From positions 12,776 through 76,775 of the forward strand of contig JAYKJF010000132.1 of the NCBI GenBank assembly GCA_035285785.1: a DNA stretch of 64,000 nucleotides. Direction: 5' to 3'. Shown here piece after piece: positions 51,405-60,424 of the stretch (its first letter is position 1; each line of letters starts with the position of its first letter). The DNA is from Cyanobacteriota bacterium (GTDB lineage Bacteria > Cyanobacteriota > Cyanobacteriia > PCC-6307 > Cyanobiaceae). A model generated the notes under the pieces. It did no database searches and was not told the origin of the DNA. It saw only the letters and a list, made by a program, of their open reading frames with translations. A program made the position numbers and the translations under genes.

Positions 51405-52685
51405 TCAGCAGCTTGCAGCGGTTGCACCGTAAAGGGTGGTGCGCTGGCGAACAGGCCGGTGTTTGCTGCGGGCAGCCCCTTCCAGCGCCGCCACGCTCTG
51501 GCGCGTGCCTCCGGCCGCCCCTGCCATGGTGCTGATGTGTTCCTCCATCAGGGTGCCCCCCAGGTCGTCACAACCCCACTCCAACGCGTCTGCGGCCACC
51601 GGCAGGGTGAGCTTCACCCAGCTGGATTGGTGATGGGGGATCCAGGGGCCCAGCAACAGGCGGGCCTGGGCGGTGAGCAGCAGCATGGCCTGGGAATCGG
51701 GCTGATCCCGTCCCACCCTGGCCCGGAGGGGGGCTGGTGCGGAGGCGCCGACGAAGGGCAACAGGATGAATTCCGTGAACCCGCTCTGGCCACCCAGCCA
51801 GGCCTCTCGCTGCAGCGCGGCCAGGGTGCAGAGATGGGCCAGCTGTTCGCCCGGCGTTTCCACATGGCCGGCCATCAGGGTGCTGGTGGAGGGCAAGCCC
51901 GCCTGATGAACCTGGCGGATCACAGCCACCCAGGCCCGGGCGGAGAGCTTTTCCGGACAGATCAACTGCCTGACCCGGGAGCACAGCACTTCCGCAGCTG
52001 TGCCGGGAACCGAGCCCAGTCCTGCCTGGCGCAAGGTGGCAATCACCTCCGCCAGGGGAAGGTTGTCGCGGTGGGCCAGGAACAGAAGTTCCTGGGGGGA
52101 AAAGCCATGCACATGCAAACCTGGGGCCGCTTCTTTGAGATCCGCCAGCAGGGCCGCTGCATGGTCGAGGTGGCTCCCATTCAGGGTGGCCTCCGGATCG
52201 AGCCCCGCCTGCAGGCACACCTCAGTGGCCCCAAGAGCCTGGGCTTCGGCCGCCCGCTCCCGGAGCTCGGAGCGCTCCAAGCGAAACGCACCCTTCTCTC
52301 CCTCCGAGCGCCGATAGGCACAGAAACCACAGCGCAACACGCAGTGATTGGAGGGATTCAGGTTGCGATTCACCACATAGCTCACCGTGTCACCCACCAG
52401 CTCTCGCCGCCACTGGTCGGCGGCCTGCCGAATCTGCTCCCGCTCCAAAGGTGACCACGGCTGTTCCATCAAGGGCCGTCCCAACCGGAGCAGGCTGGCC
52501 AGAGGAAAAGGGTCGCTGCGATGGTCCCTGCTCTTCCGCTGGAGGAGCAGAAGTTTGTCCAGCAGATCACCCAGGGGCGGAAGCGCATCAGCCGCTTCTG
52601 TCGGGGGGGCCACCAGGAGCTGTCCTGCCCGCTCCCACGCTTCCGGATCCACCAGAAGAGTGGGACTGGGGGATGGGGGGCTCAT
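51405..52685 (-). CDS. CofH/MqnC-family radical SAM protein
   Basis: VVNRNLN..CVLRCGFC (CxxxCxxC), PGTAAE, CPEK, DLGGTLMEE, QRTTLY. Confidence 0.88.
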   Translation of the reverse strand: MSPPSPSPTLLVDPEAWERAGQLLVAPPTEAADALPPLGDLLDKLLLLQRKSRDHRSDPFPLASLLRLGRPLMEQPWSPLEREQIRQAADQWRRELVGDTVSYVVNRNLNPSNHCVLRCGFCAYRRSEGEKGAFRLERSELRERAAEAQALGATEVCLQAGLDPEATLNGSHLDHAAALLADLKEAAPGLHVHGFSPQELLFLAHRDNLPLAEVIATLRQAGLGSVPGTAAEVLCSRVRQLICPEKLSARAWVAVIRQVHQAGLPSTSTLMAGHVETPGEQLAHLCTLAALQREAWLGGQSGFTEFILLPFVGASAPAPLRARVGRDQPDSQAMLLLTAQARLLLGPWIPHHQSSWVKLTLPVAADALEWGCDDLGGTLMEEHISTMAGAAGGTRQSVAALEGAARSKHRPVRQRTTLYGATAASC

Positions 52686-52846
52686 CGCTTCCGAGGTTGA
52701 TCGGCCCGACGCCGGCGCTTGTCTTGCCAATCAACGGCGGAGAGATAGATCACGCCGAGGGTGACGAAAAGGAGCAACCCGGAAGCCAGGCCGGCAAGAA
52801 GCGTGGAGGGTGGGGGGAGAACGTCAGAAATTGAGAGTGTTATCAC
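52682..52846 (-). CDS. Small single-TM hypothetical protein (about 54 aa)
   Basis: Manual translation ..[34 protein letters not shown]..; stop overlaps cofH-like ATG (ATGA); start uncertain. Confidence 0.65.
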   Translation of the reverse strand: MITLSISDVLPPPSTLLAGLASGLLLFVTLGVIYLSAVDWQDKRRRRADQPRKR

Positions 52847-52925
52847 CGTTGCGTCCCCAGATCACCATCGCGATCGAAAAGGTGAAGCTGGCAGCAAGAG
52901 CAGCCCAACCGAGAGTGATCAGCAT
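52824..52925 (-). CDS. petN: Cytochrome b6f subunit PetN
   Basis: [33 protein letters not shown], 33 aa; below the ORF-track cutoff. Confidence 0.93.
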   Translation of the reverse strand: MLITLGWAALAASFTFSIAMVIWGRNGDNTLNF

Positions 52926-52993
52926 GGAGGCGATCATGACACTCAGCGCAGCTTACCTACACTCCCCCTGTTCCTTGCAATGGTTGTCCTGCC

Positions 52994-53293
52994 ATGACGC
53001 GCTCGCCGCTCGCCACCCCGGAACGGCAGGTTCGCCCATCCAGGCAGCAGGCGCCTTACCCCCGGGTGCGGGTGATCGTTCTGGACGATGACATCAACAC
53101 CTTCGAGCATGTGGTGAACGTGCTGGTGCGCTACATCCCCGGCATGACCCCCGACCAGGCCTGGACGCTGGCCCACCAGATCGATGGGGAAGGGGCCGCG
53201 GTGGTGTGGAGCGGCCCCCAGGAGCAGGGTGAGCTCTACCACCAGCAGCTCGCGGCGGAGGGCCTCACCATGGCCCCGCTGGACTTCAGCTGA
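52994..53293 (+). CDS. clpS: Clp adaptor ClpS
   Basis: VIVLDDDINTFEHV, IDGEG.AVVW.G, GLTMAP. Confidence 0.92.
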   Translation: MTRSPLATPERQVRPSRQQAPYPRVRVIVLDDDINTFEHVVNVLVRYIPGMTPDQAWTLAHQIDGEGAAVVWSGPQEQGELYHQQLAAEGLTMAPLDFS

Positions 53294-53298
53294 CCCCC

Positions 53299-53580
53299 AT
53301 GGGACGTGTGGTGATCACCCACAGCACCTATATCGAGGGGCTCATTCCCCTGTTGAAGCGTCTTGCTGCAGACCCGGGCATCAGCACGGTGACCCCCGCG
53401 GTGATCAGCCGGGTGCGGGGCCGGTCGTCCCTTCTCTCGCTGAAGGTGTCCACCCCCATCACAGGTGGACACAAGGTGAACGCACGACGGGCAGGCACGG
53501 CCCAGGAGGTGTTCGTGGTGACCACCTTGAGCCGGGAGGCCCTGCAGGAGCGGATCGACAACCTCCTGAACTCCCGTTGA
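53299..53580 (+). CDS. DUF2103 family protein
   Basis: GRVVITHSTYIEGLIP, TPAVI, QEVFVVT. Confidence 0.87.
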   Translation: MGRVVITHSTYIEGLIPLLKRLAADPGISTVTPAVISRVRGRSSLLSLKVSTPITGGHKVNARRAGTAQEVFVVTTLSREALQERIDNLLNSR

Positions 53581-53615
53581 GGTCGCAATCGGTGATTAAC
53601 CGATCCGAAAGGGGT

Positions 53616-53792
53616 GAACCGCTGTGCCGTCTTGCCCCAGTGTTCGACCTGGTGGAACCAGAAGGGGCTTCAAAAGCGGAGCTTCATTTCCAGCTACAAG
53701 GCTGGCCTACGTCGCCGCCGCCGCAGACTCCCCATGTCGAAAAAGGAGTCAGATCAGAAAACTGTGAAAGGCAGTCACCAACACAGCAGTTC
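53616..53792 (-). ncRNA. ssrS: 6S RNA (SsaA/Yfr7)
   Basis: About 180 nt; ends pair (GAACTGCTGTGTTG / GGCACAGCGGTTC); TAAAGT -10-like box just upstream; directly downstream of purK, the known picocyanobacterial position; ends approximate. Confidence 0.85.
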
Positions 53793-53842
53793 GCAAACAC
53801 TTTAAGGGGTACGGAGCGGCTTTCGATCCCGGCCCTTGGCCT

Positions 53843-55150
53843 TCATTCCGGCCCCAGCTGCTCCGGCCAGGGCCACACCGCACGAACCTCCTCCAGTCGT
53901 CTGGCGCACTCCTTCTCCCGTTGCTCCGGAGTGTCCGCCTGGAGCAGGACCGTGACATGGCCCAGTTTGCGCCCCAAGCGGGCCCCCTTGCCATACCAGT
54001 GGAGCGTGGCCCCCTCCATGGCCTCAAGGCTCTCCCGCTGGCGCAGATGGTCGGCCTGTGCCTCCGCACTCCCGCTGGGGGCATAGCCAAGAAGGTTCAC
54101 CATCAGGGCTCCTTTCACATGGGGCTCCGTGAGCCCCATGGGGAGGCCCGCCACAATCCGCACCTGCTGGGCAAATTGATTGGTGCGGCACGCCTCCAGG
54201 GTGAGATGGCCGGAATTGTGCACCCGGGGTGCCACCTCATTCACCATCAACCCACGCGGACCATAAAAAAACTCGATGCCCATCACGCCCACGTAGTTCA
54301 GCGACGTGACCAAGGACATGGCCACATTGCGGGCATAGGCCTCCACCGCATGGGGGACCGGGGCGGGATACAGCACCCAGTCGCACACCTGATCCCGCTG
54401 GTGGGTCTGCACCAGAGGAAAGCAGCGCACCTGCCCCAGTTGATCGCGGCAGACCACCTGGGCCAGTTCCATCTCGAACGCCACGTGTTCTTCCAACAGC
54501 CAATCCTCTGCGGGATGGCTGGCCAGATGGGCCTCCAGCCCGCTCTGGGTGGAGAGAATGCATGTGCCCTTGCCGTCGTAGCCCCCGCTTGCTGCCTTGG
54601 CCATCACAGGGAAGCTGAGGCCCTCCGGCAGCCGCGGCGTGGGGTCGTAGGGGATCTCCTGCTCCGCGGCAGGATCCCCTCCCCAGGTGTCGTCGCCCGA
54701 AAGCTGATCGTTCTCCCCCTCCCCACGGGGGGGAGGAGGGTAGGCCGCCTCCATGGGCGCCCAATGGGGGGTGGGCAGATTCAGCTGGTTGAGGAGCTGG
54801 CGCTGACTCCGCTTGTTGATCAAGGGGGCCAGGGATGTCAGGGCGGGCAGGAAGGGAACCCCCTCCTTCTCCAGGGCCTCCAGCTCGGTGATGGGCACCC
54901 ATTCATTCTCGAAGCTGATCTGGCCAGCCCGCTGGGCCAGGGAGCGGGTGGCCGCCACGTCATCCAACCGGCCAAGCACCACACTGGCGGCCTCCCGGGT
55001 GGCTGGATCGTGGGGATCCGGGGTTTGCACGTGAAGATCCACGCCCAGTTTTCTGGCCTCTCTCGCCAGCATCCAGGCCAGTTGGCCCCCTCCCACAATT
55101 CCAATGGAAGCGCTGCCTGTCACGCCCTGGATCCTGCTGCTGTTCACCAT
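53843..55150 (-). CDS. purK: N5-CAIR synthase
   Basis: GGGQLAWML, FENE, GGYDGKG, NEVAPRVHNSGH, RKLGHVT. Confidence 0.96.
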   Translation of the reverse strand: MVNSSRIQGVTGSASIGIVGGGQLAWMLAREARKLGVDLHVQTPDPHDPATREAASVVLGRLDDVAATRSLAQRAGQISFENEWVPITELEALEKEGVPFLPALTSLAPLINKRSQRQLLNQLNLPTPHWAPMEAAYPPPPRGEGENDQLSGDDTWGGDPAAEQEIPYDPTPRLPEGLSFPVMAKAASGGYDGKGTCILSTQSGLEAHLASHPAEDWLLEEHVAFEMELAQVVCRDQLGQVRCFPLVQTHQRDQVCDWVLYPAPVPHAVEAYARNVAMSLVTSLNYVGVMGIEFFYGPRGLMVNEVAPRVHNSGHLTLEACRTNQFAQQVRIVAGLPMGLTEPHVKGALMVNLLGYAPSGSAEAQADHLRQRESLEAMEGATLHWYGKGARLGRKLGHVTVLLQADTPEQREKECARRLEEVRAVWPWPEQLGPE

Positions 55151-55159
55151 CGCATGGTG

Positions 55160-56086
55160 CTAGGCCATTGGGCGATCACCGGCGATGAGGGAACGCAGCA
55201 GGCTGAGCAGGAGCACGAAGAGAAACAGAGCCAATCCCACCGTGCAGGCATAGCTGATTTCCAGTTCCCCAAAGGCCTGGTCGTACACGTAGTACACCAG
55301 GGTGCGGGTGGAGTCCGCCGGCCCACCCTGGGTCATGAGGAACACCTCCTCAAACACCTTCGTGGCTCCCAGGGCAGAGATCACGGCCACCAAGGACACA
55401 TAAGGCATCAGGAGCGGAAGGGTGACATGACGGTGCCGACTCCAGCCCTCACAACCATCCAGGGCCGCCGCTTCGTAGAGCTCGGCAGGGATTCCCTGGA
55501 GGCCGGCAAGAAAGATCACCATGTAGTACCCCAGGCCCTTCCAGAAGGTGACCAGCATCACGGAGGGCAACGCCAGGGCGGGTGAGGTGAGAAAACCGAT
55601 CGGGGTGAAGGAGGCGCCAAGGAGCGTTTTGAGCCAGCCATTGATCAGGCCGTTCTCCGCGTAGAGCCAGCGGAAGGCGATGGCCGCCACCACAAGGGAC
55701 ACCAGTACCGGGGTGTAGTAGGCGGCCCGGAGCAGGTGGATGCCGGGCAGGCGGCGGTTCACGAGAACAGCCAGAGCCAGCGATCCCAGCACGATGGGTG
55801 GCACCACGCCGATCAGATACAGAAAGGTGGTGAGCGTCACCCGACCCATCATCGGATCGCTCAGAAGGCGGCGCAGATTGGCCAGGCCAATGAACTGAAG
55901 CGGCGCATCCACATCTAGGCCGCTGGTGGTAAAGCTCAGCAGGAGAGCCATGGCTGCAGGGATCAGCACAGACAGCAGCAACAGGGCGAGGGCGGGAGCC
56001 AAAAACAGCCAGGGCACCACCCGGCCAGATGACGGTGATCCCTCCGCCTGATCCGGCGCAGGATTGGCAGAAGAGAATGGAGCCAT
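55160..56086 (-). CDS. Carbohydrate ABC transporter permease (stand-alone)
   Basis: [32 protein letters not shown]. Confidence 0.9.
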   Translation of the reverse strand: MAPFSSANPAPDQAEGSPSSGRVVPWLFLAPALALLLLSVLIPAAMALLLSFTTSGLDVDAPLQFIGLANLRRLLSDPMMGRVTLTTFLYLIGVVPPIVLGSLALAVLVNRRLPGIHLLRAAYYTPVLVSLVVAAIAFRWLYAENGLINGWLKTLLGASFTPIGFLTSPALALPSVMLVTFWKGLGYYMVIFLAGLQGIPAELYEAAALDGCEGWSRHRHVTLPLLMPYVSLVAVISALGATKVFEEVFLMTQGGPADSTRTLVYYVYDQAFGELEISYACTVGLALFLFVLLLSLLRSLIAGDRPMA

Positions 56087-56110
56087 CGCCAGAGCCTACG
56101 CAGGTCTCCC

Positions 56111-57274
56111 ATGTGTGCCCAAGCCCAAGCCTTTGTCAGCGCCACAGAGAGGGTTCTGCAGGTGGCCCTTCCCCACGATCCTTACCCCATTGTGATCCAG
56201 GCAGGGGGTCTGCAACGTCTGGGGCAGTGGGTGACCACCCATGCGGTGCGCCCCGGCAGCAGGGTGTTGCTCGTGAGCAACCCGGTGGTGCATGCCCACT
56301 ATGGCCAGCGGGCCGAACACAGCCTGCGGGAGGCCGGCCTGGAGGTGAGTTCCCTGGTGCTGGAAGCCGGTGAGGAGCAGAAAACCCTGGCCACCGTGGC
56401 CACCATCTATGACGCCGCCCAGCAGAACCGGCTGGAGCGCAGTTCCCTGATGGTGGCCCTCGGCGGTGGAGTGGTGGGCGACATGGTGGGCTTTGCCGCA
56501 GCCACCTGGCTCCGGGGTGTGGCCGTGGTGCAGGTGCCCACAACCCTCCTGGCCATGGTGGATGCGGCCATCGGCGGCAAGACCGGGGTGAATCACCCAG
56601 GAGGAAAGAATCTGATCGGGGCGTTCCACCAGCCGAAAGCGGTGCTGATCGATCCCGAGGTGCTGGGCACCCTGCCGGAGCGCGAGTTTCGGGCCGGCAT
56701 GGCTGAGGTGATCAAGTACGGCGTGATCGGGGATCCAACCCTCTTTGAAGCGCTGGAAGCCCAGGCCCGGTTGGATCCCTCGGGGGGTCTCGCGTCCCTC
56801 GATGCGGTGGGCGGGCCATTGCTCCAGGACATCCTCGAACGGTCTGCCGGCGCCAAGGCCCAGGTGGTGGCCGCCGATGAGCGGGAGGGAGGGCTCCGGG
56901 CGGTGCTGAACTACGGCCACACCCTGGGCCATGTGGTGGAGACCCTCACGGGCTATACAACCTTTCTTCATGGCGAAGCCGTCGGCCTGGGGATGGTGAT
57001 GGCCGGCACGATCGCCCGCCGGATGAACCTCTGGGATGCGGATGCGGAGGGGCGCCAGAGGGCTCTGGTTGCCGCCGCGGGCCTCCCCCTGCAGGTGCCG
57101 CCACTGGATCCTGAGGCCGTGCTGCACACCCTCCAGAGCGACAAGAAAGTGCGCCAGGGCCTGGTGCGCTTTGTGTTGCCCACCGCCATCGGCCAGGTGG
57201 TGATCCGAGACGATGTGGACGAGGGCACCATCCTGGAAACCTTGCGCATCCATCAGGCAGGCCCTCGAACCTGA
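56111..57274 (+). CDS. aroB: 3-dehydroquinate synthase
   Basis: [37 protein letters not shown]. Confidence 0.97.
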   Translation: MCAQAQAFVSATERVLQVALPHDPYPIVIQAGGLQRLGQWVTTHAVRPGSRVLLVSNPVVHAHYGQRAEHSLREAGLEVSSLVLEAGEEQKTLATVATIYDAAQQNRLERSSLMVALGGGVVGDMVGFAAATWLRGVAVVQVPTTLLAMVDAAIGGKTGVNHPGGKNLIGAFHQPKAVLIDPEVLGTLPEREFRAGMAEVIKYGVIGDPTLFEALEAQARLDPSGGLASLDAVGGPLLQDILERSAGAKAQVVAADEREGGLRAVLNYGHTLGHVVETLTGYTTFLHGEAVGLGMVMAGTIARRMNLWDADAEGRQRALVAAAGLPLQVPPLDPEAVLHTLQSDKKVRQGLVRFVLPTAIGQVVIRDDVDEGTILETLRIHQAGPRT

Positions 57275-57280
57275 TCCCCC

Positions 57281-58453
57281 TCAGGGGGGCGGATCTGCCA
57301 TAGGGGGGGGATCGCAGAGGCACCGGCTCTGGATCGCCGATGCGCCAGAGGGCCGGCCGGAGCGCGCGAACACCAGCCAACGAAACTCCCCCGTGGCACG
57401 AGGATCCACCAGGCGCAGAAGTTGCTCCCGTTGGGCCAGCACCTCCGCCAGCTCGGCCTGGGGAGACTGCCCCAGGTTGGCCAATCGCTCAGCCAGTCCC
57501 AGGGCCAGCAGGGCCTCCCCCTGACGCCGTTGTCCAAGGAAGCACCAACCGGCGGCGGCGGCGGCCTCCTGGGCGGTCTCCACACACACGTGGGAGGTGA
57601 GATCCCATTCGCCAGGCGCCTGGAGCGGATCGGTGCTGGCCTGCTGCTGGCGGTAGGCCATGAGGGTGCCGTCTCGACGGGATGGGGCGTAGTACCGCCT
57701 GGCCTCCATGGCGTAGTCGATCACCAGAAGCACCCCCTCCTGGAGTGCGCTGGCACATGCCGTAAACCAGGGCGCCATTCCTGCATGCACCTCCGTGCAC
57801 CAACCGGACTCCAGAGGACTGGAGCACGGCACCAGCTGGTCCATCCGCTGCTGCTCTTCCGGTGGCAGCCCCTCGCCAGCCACCAGCGCCAGTCGCTGAT
57901 CCTCCAGGGCCACCAGTTGCCAGCGCCAGAGATGGCCATCCCACACCACCCGGTCGACCGCCAGGGCATCCAGCACCTCATGGGCCAGCACCACCCCCTG
58001 AAGGGGAGCCTGACGCAGCTCCTCCCAGCTCGACCAGCGCACGGCGAGAGGAGAGCCTGCCAGTTGCCTGCGCTGGAGGGCCACCATGCCCGGGTTGGGC
58101 TCCACCAGCACGATCTCCGTGCGAGCCGCCAGATCGGGCCGATCCCGTGCGAGACCCTGCATCAGTTGTTGAATCAGCTGGCCCTGGCCGGGGCCAGCCT
58201 CCACCAGATGGAGGTGCTCAGAGGGGATCTGCCCCAACCATTCGATCACCTGGGGGAGCAACAGCTCGGCGAATTCGGGGCCGAGGGACGGGGAGGTGGC
58301 GAAATCTCCCCCCGGGCCGATACGCGCCTGGCCCCTGCCGTAATACCCGTGCTCGGGATCGTGGAGAACCCAATCCATGTAGGTGCGAAAGCGCACCCAT
58401 CCACCTGCACATGCCAACCGGTCGAGAAGCCACTGCGGAACAGCGCCAGACAT
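57281..58453 (-). CDS. SAM-dependent methyltransferase, MidA/NDUFAF7 family
   Basis: GYYG, GDFATSP, EAGPGQG, HEVLDAL, IDY, DLTSHV. Confidence 0.9.
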   Translation of the reverse strand: MSGAVPQWLLDRLACAGGWVRFRTYMDWVLHDPEHGYYGRGQARIGPGGDFATSPSLGPEFAELLLPQVIEWLGQIPSEHLHLVEAGPGQGQLIQQLMQGLARDRPDLAARTEIVLVEPNPGMVALQRRQLAGSPLAVRWSSWEELRQAPLQGVVLAHEVLDALAVDRVVWDGHLWRWQLVALEDQRLALVAGEGLPPEEQQRMDQLVPCSSPLESGWCTEVHAGMAPWFTACASALQEGVLLVIDYAMEARRYYAPSRRDGTLMAYRQQQASTDPLQAPGEWDLTSHVCVETAQEAAAAAGWCFLGQRRQGEALLALGLAERLANLGQSPQAELAEVLAQREQLLRLVDPRATGEFRWLVFARSGRPSGASAIQSRCLCDPPPMADPPP

Positions 58454-58510
58454 CAGGGAGAATGCCTGGGATTGGTTTGCGGAGAGAGGTCTTTCATGGT
58501 GGGTTCCTCA

Positions 58511-59332
58511 ATGGCGGAGTTGGGTCGGACGATCAGACGCTGGTCTCTGGCCATCCTGCTCGCGGTGGTACTGGTCTGGAATCCCCTCTGGGCGTCGTCC
58601 GCTCTGGCGGATGACAATCCGGATCTCCTACCCGATCACCCCACCTCTGTGATTGATCTGGCACGGATCCTCACCGATGGACAGCGTCGTGCCCTGGAGA
58701 CGGAACTGGATGCGTTCGCCTCCACCAGCGGATGGAAACTCAGGGTGCTGACCCAATACGACCGCACGCCGGGCCTGGCGGTGAAGGACTTCTGGAATCT
58801 GGATGAGCGGAGCCTGCTCCTGGTGGCCGATGAGCGGGGCGGGAATCTTCTCAACTTCAATGTGGGTGATGCCTTGTTCTCCCTGATGCCCCGCACGTTC
58901 TGGGTGGAACTGCAAACCCGGTATGGCAACCAGTACTACGTGCGTGAGCATGGACGGGATGGCGCCGTTCTGGACGCGCTTCATGCCGTGAAGGGCTGCC
59001 TGGCCATCGGGGGATGTCAGGTGGTGCCAGGCCTTCCTCAGGAGCAATGGCTGCTCACGCTGTGCACCTCGATTCTTGGTGGCTTGATCGTGGGATTTGC
59101 GGCCTTTCCCCGGCAAGCCGGACGGCGGATTGAATGGCTTTGGGTGCTGTTGCTCTCCCCCCTGTGGATCATTCTTTTCGGGGTCTTTGGGGTGGCTCCC
59201 ATCATCACCCGCACCAATGATCTCCTTCCTTTGATCCGCAATGGATTGGGGTTTGGCGCTGGTGCCGTGGCTGCCTACCTGATCGCCCAGGCCACCCTGG
59301 GCAAGGAGCGATTGCAAAAAGGGGAATCCTGA
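58511..59332 (+). CDS. TPM-domain membrane protein
   Basis: Signal peptide, VIDLARILT, GWKLRVLTQ, LNFNVGD, three C-terminal TM segments. Confidence 0.85.
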   Translation: MAELGRTIRRWSLAILLAVVLVWNPLWASSALADDNPDLLPDHPTSVIDLARILTDGQRRALETELDAFASTSGWKLRVLTQYDRTPGLAVKDFWNLDERSLLLVADERGGNLLNFNVGDALFSLMPRTFWVELQTRYGNQYYVREHGRDGAVLDALHAVKGCLAIGGCQVVPGLPQEQWLLTLCTSILGGLIVGFAAFPRQAGRRIEWLWVLLLSPLWIILFGVFGVAPIITRTNDLLPLIRNGLGFGAGAVAAYLIAQATLGKERLQKGES

Positions 59333-59345
59333 AGCTCTTGGGCAC

Positions 59346-59375
59346 AAAAAAGCCAGGCTCCAGAGGGGCCTGGCT
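59346..59375 (-). terminator. Intrinsic terminator for the GH104 gene
   Basis: AGCCAGGC..GCCTGGCT hairpin followed by a T run on the minus strand. Confidence 0.7.
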
Positions 59376-59399
59376 GAGGTGGATGGATCGGGGGACCAC

Positions 59400-60140
59400 T
59401 CAGGGATTGGCCTGACGGATCGACTCCAGCTGGCACTCCAGGCTGTCGCCTTTACAGGTGTTCACCTGCTGGATGGCGACCCGTTGCCATTGATCCTGGG
59501 AGAGCTGACGAAGGCGGGAGAGGTTGTCCTCGTAGAACCGCCTGAGGTCTTCAAACCGCTTCACGGGTTGGCCGTAGTAGCTGCTCCCGGCCAAGGTGGG
59601 AAAGGATGCCCATTCCGGAGCCAGGCGCGCGGCCAGCTCCGCAGTCAGTTCGCCGCGATCGGCAAGATGCAAGGCACCCCGGCGCTGGATCAGGTAGAGG
59701 GCACCCTGATCCTGGGAATCGGGACCAAAACCTGTGAGACCAAGCTTTTGGGTCACCATGTTCCAGGTGAACGGCATGAACTGGTAGGCGCCGGCCGCCG
59801 CACTGGCGTATCGGGAGGAATAGATCACCCGATCAGGATGGCGCTCAAGCGAAGGCATCAGGCTGCCGCCGAACATGATGCGATAGCCCACATCCTGACC
59901 ATTCGCCCAAGTGCCTTCCGCGTAACGGATGGTGTTGAGAAGGGCGCGTCGCTCAGGGGTGATGGCAAACGAAGCGGGACTCGTGGGAGGGGCAGGGAGG
60001 TAGGCGAGGCCGCGAGCCTGAGGAGGAGGGGTTTGAACCTCGTCCCAGGCGGAGGACTCGGTGGCCTGGGCAGGGGCTGTCGACAACAGACCCAAACCAA
60101 GGCAGAGGCAAGCCAGTGGAAGTCGTCGGGAGCTGAACAA
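59400..60140 (-). CDS. Exported GH104 (lambda-lysozyme-like) muramidase
   Basis: ALLNTIRYAEGT, AAGAYQF..TW, SQDQGA, EWASFP, YYGQP; signal peptide; TTG start. Confidence 0.9.
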   Translation of the reverse strand: MFSSRRLPLACLCLGLGLLSTAPAQATESSAWDEVQTPPPQARGLAYLPAPPTSPASFAITPERRALLNTIRYAEGTWANGQDVGYRIMFGGSLMPSLERHPDRVIYSSRYASAAAGAYQFMPFTWNMVTQKLGLTGFGPDSQDQGALYLIQRRGALHLADRGELTAELAARLAPEWASFPTLAGSSYYGQPVKRFEDLRRFYEDNLSRLRQLSQDQWQRVAIQQVNTCKGDSLECQLESIRQANP

Positions 60141-60216
60141 TGGAGTGCAGGCAGAGGACAGATCGCATCACTGGATGGATACGGAGAGATCTGAGGAGGG
60201 AGAAAACCAGGGGGAA

Positions 60217-60297
60217 GAAAACTTCGCCGACCTGACTTCAAGGATTTGTGTGGGAGAAAAATCCTCAGATATCTGAAGTAACGCTCGGAAACTTCGC
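60217..60297 (-). promoter_or_regulatory. Candidate structured 5' leader (unassigned RNA element)
   Basis: Nested inverted repeats flanked by the direct repeat GCGAAGTTT. Confidence 0.4.
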
Positions 60298-60424
60298 GCC
60301 AATTTGCCTAAATTAATCAAGGGTGTCGATGTGCCAGGTGCCGCTCAAGAAACCGTCCATTCTCAATGGCGGGCCCTGAATTGGGCTCCCCTTGGCATTT
60401 TTTATCGACGTGACAGGGACGAAG

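Noticed and set aside
57422-58510. 636-aa version of the TPM protein
   Set aside because: The first 363 codons are antisense to the methyltransferase
59400-60140. Lambda-like lysozyme as a prophage remnant
   Set aside because: Has a signal peptide and its own terminator; no holin or other phage genes nearby
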